Of a stretch of 64,000 nt of DNA, positions 46,467 through 59,240 are shown piece by piece. The notes below the pieces were generated by a model, which was not told the DNA's origin, searched no databases, and saw only the letters and a program-made list of their open reading frames with translations. Origin of the DNA: Raillietiella orientalis (Eukaryota). The DNA lies in the NCBI GenBank assembly GCA_036172245.1, contig JAYWIR010000033.1:682001-746000 (forward strand). Reading direction: 5' to 3'. The translations under genes and the position numbers were made by a program. Numbering within the stretch: position 1 is the stretch's first letter; the number at the start of each line of letters is the position of its first letter.

Positions 46467-46671
46467 GTTTTAAAAAACTTTTTATTTCATCTTGAATGAT
46501 GCTTTGATATTTTATACTGTGTGTGAACTGGTAAACCACCCAGATTTTTCAGACTTGCAATAAAGATCTTCATCTTGTTTTTTGCATTTATTATGACAAA
46601 CCACTAATAAATAAACTTTTTTAGAGCTTAGTATGCTACTTATAATGAATAGGTATATTATCAAGGCAGGA

Positions 46672-47410
46672 CTATTCAAATTCTTCTTTATCGAACATGT
46701 ATTCACCAAATCCTGTCCCAACCCTCTCCAAATTGGTGCAGTGATCACCCAGCTGCTTGATAAGGTTTTCTTTCCGGTCAAAGAACTGAGTTTCCACAAA
46801 GTCGGTTGTGCATGGATCTGCATTCTGTGCAGCTGCTGCATGCAAATTACAATATAACTAAGGAAAGAATTTTTTTTTTTTTGACAAATAATACAAATAA
46901 ATGCTCAACTTCTAGCAGTTCTTTTTCTGCTTCCAAAGCAAACTGCATGGCCTCCAACCCAGTCCCCCACTCATCTTTATGAGGTTCTCTGATTTCTTGG
47001 AAACTTATCGTACCGCCACGCTTGTTTATAAAACGTGATAACTCTTCACAATGTTGCATCTCTGCTTGTTTTAACTCCCCGAAATACTTTGAAAGGCCCT
47101 TCAATGCAACATTATCCCTATCGAAGTACATTTGCTAAAATGAAAGCCAAAAAATGTTAAACACATTGCTGTTTCTCTGGGTACCTTCCATACAACTGTT
47201 AAAAAATAATCTACAGTGGGAGACAGATATCTCAAACAGTCAGAAAAACAATTTTGCTGCAGGTAAGAGCTGCATACACTTTGACAAATGGCCAGTACTA
47301 CTACTCACCATTGAGAAAAACACGTAATGCATTGCCAATTCCTCATTTATTAACTTATTGAGGAAATCTTCGACCTTAACAGTGAAATTCTGGCGGATTT
47401 GTGAATCCAT
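46672..47410 (-). CDS. Ferritin subunit (170 aa); exons 47410-47309, 47134-46910, 46857-46672
   Basis: MDSQIRQNF..INEEL..YFDRDNVALKG..NKRGG..EWGTGLEAMQFALEAEK..DFVET..IKQLGDH.TNL.RVG.GFGEYMFDK; GT-AG introns, all phase 0. Confidence 0.93.
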
Positions 47411-47534
47411 GGCACCAAGTAAGTACCTCCAAGGCTTCAGCACAAGTGTAATGTCCACCACAATCTCAAGCTGTACTGGTTAGGTCTCAATCTCGTGTAC
47501 AACCGATGACACGAGAAAACTTCAAAAACATCGC

Positions 47535-47751
47535 CACGTATATAAATCAACACTTTTATACGTGCACGCACTACAGCTGGGCTAAGGCACCGCAGGCACC
47601 TCGCTGGGCTTCCACCCGTCTTTTAAAACGTGAAGAGTGACTGGGATGACGTCACAGGGAAAGAATTCAACTCATTTGAAATCTTATCTTGGGCCTGCAA
47701 GATAGTAAAGGAAACGGAGCTTCCCCGGGCATCTTGTGGATGATTAGATAA
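47535..47751 (-). promoter_or_regulatory. Putative ferritin promoter: TATA box plus HRE-, MRE-, CRE- and GATA-like motifs
   Basis: TATAAAAG on the - strand at 47553-47560; CACGTA 47535-47540; TACGTG 47559-47564; TGCACGC 47563-47569; TGACGTCA 47647-47654; WGATAR at 47684, 47700 and 47746. Motif matches only. Confidence 0.4.
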
Positions 47752-50700
47752 GTACCGTTTGCCTCACTCGTCTTCACCTACTCTTGGCTTGGAAGTAATA
47801 GAATTCCTCTTCCCCTTTTTCAATCCGAGCTACAGGCGGGAGTTGGGCATTTTCGACAGTCTGCTGCAGACGTGAAGATCTGTTTGGTCCCTAGGTAAAA
47901 AAAGGAAAAGAAAAGAAGAGAAAAAGTGTGGCTCAGTGCAGAGAGCACACCTCCTCCCCCTCCAGCTGGTGGACTGGATGCTGCGATCAGCAACGTTCAG
48001 GCACGTTTCTGCATCTTCCTCATGGGTCAGTCCCCAATCCATGAATGAAGTCTCGGCAAGAAAGCGGAACCGAAGAAAAAATCACTTGTGATGCTGAGTG
48101 TTGTTTCCACACGTCTCTGTTCCGATCTTTTGGGGAAGCGGGCAAAGTGAGCGGAGCATTCAAAAGCACTTTAAGAAGAGAGTATTTCCAAGTTCGACAT
48201 GATCTCGAAAAATCTTTTCCATCCTTGAAACGCTGTTCTGTGACTTGAAGTGCTTTTATCTTTAGCTAAAATGATGCTACAGATGCAGGCATCCTGAGGC
48301 ATCAAGGGACAGTGTCAAAGCTAGTAATTTTGTGTCGTTCTAGGCATCTGTGCATACGACTACTGATAATAAATTTCTAAGACATTGGAATTTGCTGAGA
48401 CAGTTATAGCACGAGCGCCCAGGCCTTGACGTCCCTTTTTTTTTTTTTTTTTTTTTTTTTAATGTTTCTTCCTGTGTAGAAGGAGCTTTCACTGAATACT
48501 CCTTTTGGTTTCAGACAGACGGCGGTGGGCTGTGGGCCTCTTGAGTCTAGTGGGTCTCCCACAAGGACTTGACCAACTCGCTGCTATTTCTTGTGGGTGA
48601 TACTTATCGTTAGTCTCTCACATATGCTGTAAGTCTATGTAGAAATAGCAAAATGTGAGCGAACGAGCAGAGAGCAGAAGAAGAGAACGGTGAGTTGGCC
48701 GAATTGGGCCAAACTGCCGCCCCAATGGAAGGAAAGCAACACCATCCTCTTGAGTGGATTCTCTGCTTCCCTGACGTAGTCAAAACTGGAAGACGAAGTC
48801 CACGACTCGCAAACCTGTAGGGTCCATCAGGAGTTTCGAAAACTCACCGTCGCTGTTTGATGGCATAAAGGTGCAAACCACGCAACTTATCTCAACCATA
48901 AAATAAAGGCTCGACACATGAATGTTATTTTGAACGGAGCCATTCAGTATGTCGAAATGACTGAATTCAAGACCGCAGGCAGAAAAACCAACTCCGATTC
49001 GATGGAACTCATTGCCGCGAGGACATTTGCCACTCAAAGAAGAACCGCCGTTTTTGTGCTTTCGAATAGCTCACTGCTTTGGCACCTGTCAGGAAATCTT
49101 TCTGGCAGGTGAAATGAAACTCGATAACCATTCAGCAGTTCCATAGAAGCGGTTGCATAGTCACTTAAATAGAGGTTTTTACGATTTTCGGGTGGGACAT
49201 GCTTCGCTTGAAAGAGTGCAAACTTTCAGGTGGAATCAGTGATTTCGATCGGATTCATTAAACATCAAATAATGAAGGTCTAAATTCAAAGCGAGACTTC
49301 CAAATTTTTATAGATGCTTTGATGAAGGTTCTAATTCTGGTAGATGCCGGAAGACAGGTCATTTTTATTGGTCAAGAGGCAGAGTTGAGTACCAGAGCAC
49401 ACTTGGGAACTCGTTGACGAGACGGGAAAAGGCAACCTGGACACTTTCGAGAAAAAATTCATATCGACATTCGCATTAAATCTCATTATCGCTGAATTGG
49501 TATTCTCAATAAGCACACTCTTTGGAGTCGGTGTGGTCCAATTTCATGTCTCTGCCCAGTCGAAGCTCTAAACCTTAAGGTCCATCACTCACGATGAAAA
49601 GGATAGCATCTGTTCTTGATTTGATGTAATTGATGCGTATCCAAGTGTCTGTGATACCCGCATCTGCTATCCCGCGTGGGTTTCAGTAAAATGCAGAATT
49701 TTGTGCCATAAAGGCACGAACGGAGATTTCGAGACTCTTGAGCCGCTGTATGAGGAAGCTGCAGGGAAAAAGGCTTGATTCTGATGATTTTCTGCATCCT
49801 TCTCTCAAGATAGAGGGATGGAATGCAGTACGCTTTGTCCAGAATTCGACCACAAATTGGTGGCAAATCCCTTTTGTGTCAAACTAAAACTCTGATTTTG
49901 AGCCCTTTTTCGCTCTAAGCCGCGAGCCGAGGCTTCGAAGCCTTTTCAAATCGCTCCGTTAACACGTAGGAAGGTCAAGTCAAATGAGAACTCCATGCTA
50001 ATATCGAGCTCGTATTCACGATTTATTGTGTTTCCGGGTGCGAATTTACGAAAAATCAAGTGTTTTTTCGTTTTTACAACACTTGTGAACTTTGGGCTAT
50101 CGCGATTTCAACTCTCTTTGGACAATTTGTCAATTTTTTTTTTTTTTTTTTCTTTCCAGAAGGAACTGCGCAGTCTCCGGAGCGCAGTGATGTCGATACC
50201 CAGCAGTCTTGGCAACGCATGCCCTGCATTACCAGTTCCAAGTTCATTACAATGTGACCTTCAGATCACGAAGCCAAGTAGTGCTGCACCCTGGGGAAAA
50301 CAGAGCCATTACGGAATACGTCATTAGAATAGTCATTTGAATATCCACGAAAGCAATCCGTGTGCTGATGCACATCACCATCCGTTTATGATTGATTGAA
50401 CGTAGGATGAGTGATTCACGAAGCTGGAGCAGATGGATGATTGGTAAATCTGTCTGGACAGAAATTTCGAAGGACGAAAAGGGGAAATTCTCTTGTTCGC
50501 TCCAATATTCTATATTAGACCGACATCATGACTTCTAAAGCTGGCATTCTCAGAAAAATGACAGTCCTCTGAAAAATGCAAATCAGCATGATCTTTGGCA
50601 GATAGCTTGTATTATCATCAAAGATCAAACTTTCGAAAAGACAGGGCAAAGTCCCACTCTATTTGGTGACGTTAGGATGCGAGGCAGCAAGAAACGGAGA

Positions 50701-52643
50701 ACGGGAAAATGAATGACCTCGCCAAGAAACGCAAAGAACACTGAGTGTATGGTAAAGTGCACTGACGCCAAACAGTAACAAGAATGCAGGATGCTAGAAA
50801 GGAAGGGAAGTAGGAGAGGTCCTACGGATAACTTGTAACAAGCTAGGCAAAAACGATGAAGAGTTTGCACAATGAATTCATTTTCATACGAGGAATCCAA
50901 AGAAGGATCGGGCGAAAATCTCCAAAATAACGCTGGAAATTGGACACCAGATAGAAGGAAAATGATCGAGCATCTTTATGGACTTGGTTCAAGATACGCC
51001 TTTGAATGCTTCATAACCGATGTCCACTCACTCTATTCTGTTGCCACTGCCTGGATCAGTTCGGTGGAGTTGAAACCTGCCTTCATTCCAAAAATCTGGG
51101 CGGTAGCCTGTCTGTATCTTTTAATGCTTTTGAAAAACGTAGCGAGCTGTTTTCGTATAGCTGTGTTCAACAAGTTTCCCAGCTCCAGCCTCGAGCGCAG
51201 GTCTGGCAGCCTTGAGTGTTGTGTTTGGTCTTCAGCTCTTGTATACAAGAGCTGAAGACAGGCAACACTGTTCTTGTATGCAAGAACAGCATTGTCCCTC
51301 CCTGCATGGTGCCAGGTTGTCCATGGTGGCAGGGACAATTGACAATCATTGACAATCTCGTGGGAAGTAGACGCGGATGCAGTGTATAGTATCATAAAGT
51401 CCTCTTCTTCGAAGTTAGGAGACAAACCATGGGAATTTTACCTGCTACCTGATGTGAGGCAGATTCGAGATCTTTAAGCAGCCGGAACTTGCGGAACCGA
51501 GGTGTATTGCAAAATTTGCTTTACCCTCCATGCGCGCTGCTTGTGGGACATAGTAATCAGGAAGTGGACCCTCGTGCCGTTCGAACTCGGGGCCTGAACC
51601 TCGGAAACTCAACGTGCAAGGCGAATTGAAGATGGTTTTTGTTGCATCTGGCTGAATGGCTCTTTTTCTTTCCCCGAGGTCTCGACGCAATTTACACCAT
51701 TTCCATAGACAGTGAGGCCAGACTTCGATGAATTCACTTTCCACAGATGTGAATGCCCGTTTGAAGGGAATTTGCTTACCAGTAACCATGTGGGTGCATA
51801 ACAAATTACCATCCTCATCATCATTCATCTCTTCACATTCCCCTTTAGAATGGAAGTGGAAATTCGTGCTTCCTCGTGATTTCCACTTCCACTCAACCAG
51901 TTTTTTTCGGTGGTCTTCGGAGCATTGATGTCTTCTCAACGTACAAATGGATGTACATCTGAACGATCTGCCGATACTGAGCAGTGATCAAGGGTGCATG
52001 TGCCTCAGATTTGCAGAAACGTATGCATCGGTGCTCACATAGCATAAGAGGCCTTATGACATTACGGTTCCATAAGGGAATCGCGATGAACTTATCGTAA
52101 CTGCTGTCGTGGCATCACAGCACAAGAAGTGACATTATGACTGGTTTCCAGAGTCGATAAACAACTCCGGAAACCAGAGACCAGAAATCATCAGGACCAT
52201 CAGGATATGGCATGAAACCAGAGACCAGCCCCGTTATGACATGTGCCCCTTTTGCATTCATCGTGTAAAAGATAGTCGAAAAACAGGATTGAGGATCGAT
52301 TCCTAATTTTCTTTCCCCTTGATGGAACTAGCACGTACAACATCCCGGAAAAAAAGAATATGAACGAACCGACTTCCTCTTCCGCAGTGAACCGCGCGCC
52401 CTTTAGAAAAATGCAAAGGGAAGATTCTTATGGGAGAAAAAAAAAAAATCGTCGTTGCTTCCTCTCTGGTATATCTAATTCATTCTCCTAAATTCATGTT
52501 ATCAATGCCGTGTCAATGTCGACCCACGCCCTAACCGGAAACGTCTCCTGTTTCCGGACCGAAACCACAAAACGTTGGCTGAGTTGTGGGACATCTTTCT
52601 CGAGGGAACGGTTGGGAGTCGCTATCAAAGCCATGAACGGCTG

Positions 52644-52664
52644 GTGTGTGTGTGTGTGTGTGTG
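52644..52664. repeat. (GT)n microsatellite followed by a T-run
   Basis: gtgtgtgtgtgtgtgtgtgtg then ttttt. Confidence 0.85.
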
Positions 52665-55374
52665 TTTTTTTTTTATGTTTTTCTGAACAGGAATACTCTG
52701 CGTCTCGAAATCAAAATGATGCTGGTACAATGACGTGGAGCATCCAAGTAGTAACGAAAGTAACGTTAAATTTCCCCAGGGTCGTGGGGATCAACACGGC
52801 GAAGGTAACATAGGCTGAGCAGTAGATCAACAGGGAAGAGAAAAAAAAAAAAAAAAAAAAGTCTCTGTGAGCAAACATCAAAGCGCAGATGCAGATAGAA
52901 CTTTCTCAGTCATCGCAACTGATCGTTTCACACATTTATCAGAGCAGCTGAGAAGCTTCCAGCATGTGCTGGCATTTTTCCAAATCAGTGATTTGGAAAT
53001 GTTCACCACGTTTCTTCCGTAACTTCCACGAGTTCGGGTCAGGCATATTTTTTTGTACACCTCATGTATGCGACTTCCTGCTTCAAGTCTCAGAGGGCAG
53101 GACCGTTCAGATGAATGCGGCAAACACTGCTGCTTTCTGACCAGAATCCTGGCAGTCAATTCGAATTCCCAGCGTGACCTTGTTGACACTGCAGGAGTCT
53201 GCGATTGGAATGCTCTTGTTCGGTAGAGGCACCTCGAGTGAGTGAGTGACCGCTTCAGTTACATTGAAACAACAGCAGATCGAAGAAGTTCCATTTTTGT
53301 GACTTTCTGAAAATGAAAAGCGACCTCATAAGCTCGGAAAAGAGTAAGATTTTGACAGAAGGAAAAAAAGGCTCCAGAGCGAATTTCTTGAAAAGGTTGT
53401 GCGGAAAGTTCACCAACTGGCAGCCAGAAGGCGATCGGTGGATCCAAGAGGCGAGAGTCAGTCGAAACTCGAAAATTTCCCGACTGCAAAACCATCGTCT
53501 TCATTCGGGGAATTCCTCAATGAAAACAACAGTAATCATAATACATCTACTGGTGCCAGAATCAAATTCAGGGTTCGGATGAGACTAGACAGAAATTTGA
53601 TGAGTATAAAAAAAAAAAAAAAAAAAAAGAACTAGAGTCTATGGAACACTGGAGAACCAAAAAAAAATCTATCCAGAGAAGCCTGTAATGGGAACGCAAA
53701 CACGCCATTCACTCTTCGCGTAAATTCCTTCAATAGGATGAAAATGAATTCTATTCCTTTGGGAGCAGCAGCATTCGTGGAGTTTCCCTGTCACGAGCAG
53801 AACGGAAGTGGCGTGACGTGCGCCATGATCCCAATCGCCAAACATGGAGGCCACTCATGGCTGAAAGCCGAATGAAAAGTCTTTCCAGCTCGCGGAGCTC
53901 AATTCCGCTGAGTAAGTGCAATACACGCTGTCACAAAATCGAGAAATCCGGGTCAGGAAGTTTGGCTCCATGACTCACCCTCCGTTGGCTGTTCCCGAAA
54001 AGTGCCGTTCGGCTTGCTTTTTTGAGTTGCCTTTTCTGATGTCATCCAAAAACGTGCAGACGATTTGGAAGTTCATCAACCTAACAAAAACAGCATTCCT
54101 TGCCAATTTCAGAAGGAAAGAATCGTTCTTGCTCCATACGTGAGCGTAACGTCCGAAATGAACCCACTCGATTCCAGACGGACATCCACTGGTCTCGGAG
54201 CTCAGTGTACGCACATCGGATGGCCGAATGGAGTCCGTACTCTTCTGCCGTGGGCCTTGTACTCTCGAGAGCACCACTCTAAACTGGAGCTGGATAATTG
54301 CAGCAGAAGAGCAGCAGTGCTTTCGTTGCTAGGTAACCAGCTTCCAGGCGTTCAAAGTCTGGAGGCAACGAAAGTCTGGTACGTCTGCTTCTCATCCGGC
54401 GTGTCTGTGGAAATGTTGCAAGAAAAAAAAAAAATTAGGTGATTCGTGTCTCTGGAGCCACGTTCTTGCCACCTTCTCAGGCTGTTAGTCGCCACTCTTC
54501 GATCACATTTTCGATCCGTTTGCGTTTTTGCTCCAGCGTCAGAAGAGATTAAAGCATGCAAATCTCTCATAGAGGATAGGCCAGATTATGGTTCCGTCCG
54601 AAACTTTCGGGAATCTCAAAAAGCTTTTTGCTTGCACGAAGATTATGTCCTCAACCTTCAAATCACGCATACACATTTTGGATGATATCCTTTGCATTCT
54701 TTCAAAACAACAGCAACGGCTACTGCGACTTTCATTGCTGCTTTTCATGAGAATGGTTGGTTGCGAGGAGTTTTTTCCCTCGTAATTCAAGTGCTCTTGT
54801 GTTAGAGAAAAACAGGCATCTGTGGTAGCGTCTGCGCTAAGTACCACCCCTTTGTGTCCTTACATTGAAAATTCCGCACTTCCTCGCTGCTGTCCTTAGC
54901 TTCATATGGCGCTTTTCCTGGTATTTCATCCAGCTCATCCCGAGGATTCGGTAATCTGCTGAACTTGGAAAGCATAGAAGACGTCTCAACAAGCTTTCCG
55001 AAGAACGATGCCAATCTGTCGTTCTAGAAAACGCCTCTCAAACATTTCTTTCTTCCTCTGCACCCTGTGCCAGGAAGAAACCCATGGAGAACTCTGGATA
55101 CAGCATGAACGCTTCCTGTCGCGTCCATGAGCAGTTCACAAAGAAGCTGGGAAAACCGCTGTTAGCACACAACTCCTATAGCCGGATGGACCAAGTCGCT
55201 ATTGATGAATTTCGGACGAGCAAAAAACCCCATTCTCCACGGCCTGCTCAATTGTAGGTTGGGCCCTCGAAAAACAGCACTCGTTAGACTAAACGGCACA
55301 TCGGCACTCGGCATTTCTTGACACCCTCATACGCCCTCACTGTCCACTGCTGCTGTCTCGGTTGTGGTGCCTCA

Positions 55375-57096
55375 CCCCATACCGAAAGGCGAGGACCCTC
55401 AACGTCCGTCGCCTGGCCGAGTATCGACCCGGGGTCGAGCAACAAGCCTGGCAATCCGGGCCGCCCACCTTGCTGGACGACCAGGGTCGGGAACACTCGG
55501 CTCCGGCCGCGATACGCCACCTCGTGAAGCGGTTCTACTCCTCCCTGCTCCTGGCCAGGGCTCCCCCGGAACGGGACGTCTCGAGACGCCTGCTCCCGGA
55601 CGGTGCCCCGGTCATAGGGGAGGATGAACGGGAAAGCCTGGGCGAGCCCTTCTCGATCGGTGAGATTATCACCGCGATAGGGAGGCTCAAGAGGCGGAAA
55701 GCACCAGGGGAGGACGGCCTGCCAGAGTACTTCTTCCGATGATTCGCCGCAGAGCTGGCACCCCTGTTGCTTCAGTTGATAAGGCTGATCCGAGACGAAG
55801 GCGATGTTCCCGCCTCGTTTCGGTTAGCGAGAATGAGGCTCCCTTCAAGGGGGGAGACCTCAGGTAGCTGAACAACTGCCGTCCAATCACGATAGTCAAT
55901 AAGGATGCCAAGTTGGTTGCGGTGCTGTGGGCTGCGCGTTTGGGGCAGGTGGCCGACTCCATAATTAGTCCGGAGCAGACTTACGTTGCTCCCGGGCAAA
56001 GTATGGAGGCCAACCTGTTCCTGGCCAGCACATGGTTCCACCTGCAGCTGGAACATGTGACCAAAAAGGAAAGAAGAGTCGGCAATTCGAACTCAAGGGC
56101 GCCTGGTGGGCAGGGAGGGGACAGCCGGGCGGGCAAGGGAGCCCTGGCGGTCGCAGTTGATCTGCATAAAGCGTTCGACTGCGTGGACCAGGAGCTTCTG
56201 GATCTCCTGGATCGCATGGGGTTCCCGACCGCCTTAACGGCTTACCTGCTGGAGCGCCTCGATAACAAACGTCTGTTTTAGGGGACAACACGTGTACGGC
56301 GTGCCGGTGCGGCGAGGGATCAGACAGGGCAATAGCCTGAGCCCCCTACTCTTTAACACCTGCTTGGAGTTGGTGCTGAGAGCGTACAGGGCGACTTTGG
56401 CTACCTTGCCGAGCTCGTGCCCGGGTACGCCCGCAAGCGGAGTGGGCACCTGGTTTCCGAGGGAAGTTGCATCCCCAGACTGCCAAAGGCGCAGGGGCGA
56501 CTGAATCATCCCCTCACCTCTTGATGGGCTGCGGTGGCCTCCGGCAATTTTTGTGGAGGCTGGCTTCGAAACACTCGCATCCCGAGGACGCTGCTAAGGA
56601 ACTGCTGAGGCGATTCTTCGCGAGAGGTGACTCCACCTCTCGCGAAGACAGGTCACTTGTATCGCAGCCGTCTACATGAGGACGGCTGCCAGGTGGCCTC
56701 GTGGCCTCACCCAGAACAAGAAATCAAGGATTGCCGACATCTAATATGTCGGTTTTAGAAGGAAAGAACGGGCATCACCAGTGACCTTTGTCCTCATCCT
56801 CCCTTAATTTTTTTTTTCTTTGTTCATATATTTTTTCAGTTTACTTCCTCATAGTCGTTCCGGGCCTTTCCCAGTTTCCCAATTTCCGAGACACACCAAA
56901 GACCCTTGTCCCCACACTCCTTTTAGTTATTTATTTCTTCCCTCCTTCCTCGTGCTCCAAACCTTCCTAAACCTCGACCTGAGTATCGGTGGATCGTCAA
57001 ATGACCTTTTGTTTTTTCGTTTTTAATTCGGAAACTGTGTCCCAAACTTGTTTATTTTTCTTATGAAAACAAACACTCGGCGTCACCGGATGAAAA
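55375..57096 (+). mobile_element. E12: 5'-truncated, internally deleted copy of the same L1/Tx1-like group outside the main nest
   Basis: EQQAWQSG..LLDDQG, RLKRRKAPGEDG, DLHKAFDCVDQ, GIRQG.SLSP, then a jump at ~56435 to the Zn-finger region. Degenerate 3' end AACAAACACTCGGCGTCACCGGATGAAAA (57068-57096). Confidence 0.85.
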
Positions 57097-57159
57097 CCCA
57101 AGAGCTGCTCCTCTTCATGTCGCAGGGCTTGGGCATAATCCGTAATCTTCCAAGCCGAT

Positions 57160-58450
57160 GTATCCAGCAAATATCGCGTGTAAAGAATGCATGAAGCAGC
57201 CACGTGCTGCCTCATTTTATCAGCATACATCCGCAGGACATCCAGTTCACCCGGAGGATGACTTCTTTGCTGGGGTCCCAAGTTCCCAAAGGTCCACTGA
57301 TGATGGCAGCACCTCTGCACTGAATCCTTCCTGGGTTGGTGGCTGGGAACTTTAATGTTGTTAATGCGTGCAATTACATAACTGGTTGCAAGGGGCTCCA
57401 GACCTTCTTTCGCAGTTAACATTCTGCTTCTTTGGGGCTCTCTTCGCCCCATCTTTATGGTGCTTCCTCTGTTTTCTCGCTTTCGTACGGTGGGAGAAGA
57501 TTGGATTCTCCGGCTGGCTATCGGTTTTCCTTTTGACGTGGGCAGCACATATATCACTTGAGTACAGGATACACGTAGCCACCATCCAATGCCTCAGTTC
57601 CACCAGCTTCTTTTTTGGTATTCCTGTATCTTGTGATACTTCTTCATTACCAGGACCCCATGCTCTCAGGGAGCCAACGATGAACGCGCGTACTTTGCTT
57701 TGCCTTCCACCTTTTCCCAGTTGTAGTGCTACGTCCTTGTGTTTTCCTTCGTTGTTCTTCCTGGCTGTGCTGAACGCCTTTTTTCCATTTTCGTATGGGC
57801 AGCAGACATCTAGCACACATATCCGGTTTCCATGACCAGATCCGAATTTGGGGTGGAAGTTGTTCCTGGCACTCTCTAGTTTCTTGACACAAGACTCCAC
57901 TTTGCTCCATCCACCGTGGCCTTCCTGATTGTTTCTGGAATCGCGTCGTGTCGTGCCATGGACAGAGGAACGTGTCTCTTGCATCTGTTTAACACGTGAG
58001 ACAGCGTTTCGTCCTCTGTTCCGCAAGGCCTACATATGCGTTCTTCTGGTTTCTTTTCTTGGCCCAGCGTCGATCGGCAGTACTTTGAGTCCAGCTACGT
58101 GAACGAAATTGAAATCCTGGAATCTTAGGTGGTATCCATTAGTGTGGAAAAAGCTTGAACGTAATGCGTGCCCACACACTGCATGGCTTTCCCTTGACTA
58201 ATGTGATTTTGGATTAGTGATTGCCATGCGTGTTCCCTTTGCAGTGTTCTCACGCCAGAGGGAAGCTTTCTTCTCGTGCCACTGGTGACGATGACGCCTT
58301 CGACCGTTATACCCGGTTCTCCATCTTCGAAATTCCAGAGGCCTTTCTTCCTTTGGACCAAAGGCTCTCTACATCGTTGTCGGCTCTCTGTATCTTGGTA
58401 TTTGGATATTTCCTCGTTCCTCACCATGCTGAAGTCTTCTTACCCATTCT
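57160..58450 (-). mobile_element. Decayed relics (probably two C-terminal pieces) of a restriction-like-endonuclease non-LTR retrotransposon (NeSL/Utopia/R2-type)
   Basis: ICVLDVCCPYENG..AF..AR..K..FIVGSL.AW.P.NE..GI....LR..MVA.CI.YS.DI...HV (57361..58026), QGKAMQCV upstream, and a second GTWDP/MRQHVAASCILYTR-like piece at ~57170-57330. Confidence 0.7.
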
Positions 58451-58544
58451 CAGAGGGCCAAGCTACATCCAGCACCACCATCCTGTTGCTCTTCTGTAAC
58501 ACAGTGTCATTCGATAAAAGGAACTTTTTCCAGCCGCGTGAAAG

Positions 58545-59240
58545 ATGGGGAAAAATAAGAAAAGTTCATCAACTATTCGCCAAAAGTCGGATGTTTTACA
58601 TGAAATCGAAGAGGGGACATCTCAATTAGCTGCATCTTGTTTGAAATTCAAGGCGGACCGATCAACCATTTCGAGATTCGCGAAAGATGAAGAGAACTTG
58701 GAGGTCGCCTCATGCTGTGGTGTTCCGAAACACCGAAGGACAGGATGGCGATCTCGAAAATTCCCGAGATGGAGAGAGCTTTACGTTCGTGGTTTCTACA
58801 ACAGCCCAAATGGAATCTTAAGATGGAAGGCCAAGGGAGTTCGCCTCCCTCTGGGATGTAAGGGGAACAATTTTCGGCAAGTGGTGGGTGGCAGCAGAGC
58901 AACTTCAAAAATAAAGACGTGGTGTTCGCTCATTAACCGCGTCCGGGGAGAAACTTTCGTGCGACGCCTCACAGGTTCCAGTTTTCTTGGAAAAGTCTAA
59001 AGGGACAGTTCATGAAAACCAGCATCGACTGGAGCAATTCTGTGGTTGTGACGAAACAGGACTGGTGCACAAAGGATCACCAAATAAAACGAATGCTCAT
59101 CGAAATGAAGTAACAGTCCCTGGGGGAAAAAATAGAAAGGGTCACTTTAGTGCTCTGTGTCAATGCCACAGGCAATGACAAATTACCCTTAATGATGTTT
59201 GGGAAGGCAGCTCGCCCAAGGCGCTTTAAAAATGCTCAAA
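58545..59240 (+). mobile_element. pogo/Tigger-like DNA transposase relic (CENP-B-like HTH + start of the DDE domain), frameshifted
   Basis: QKSDVLHEIEEG..KF..DRSTISRF.K; CDETGL..K..P.KT; NATGNDKLPLMMFGKAARPRRFKN. No TIRs identified. Confidence 0.75.

Noticed and set aside
47411..47530. Iron-responsive element in the ferritin 5'UTR
   Set aside because: No CAGUGN loop with a bulged C; the closest match is CAGTAC without a proper stem.
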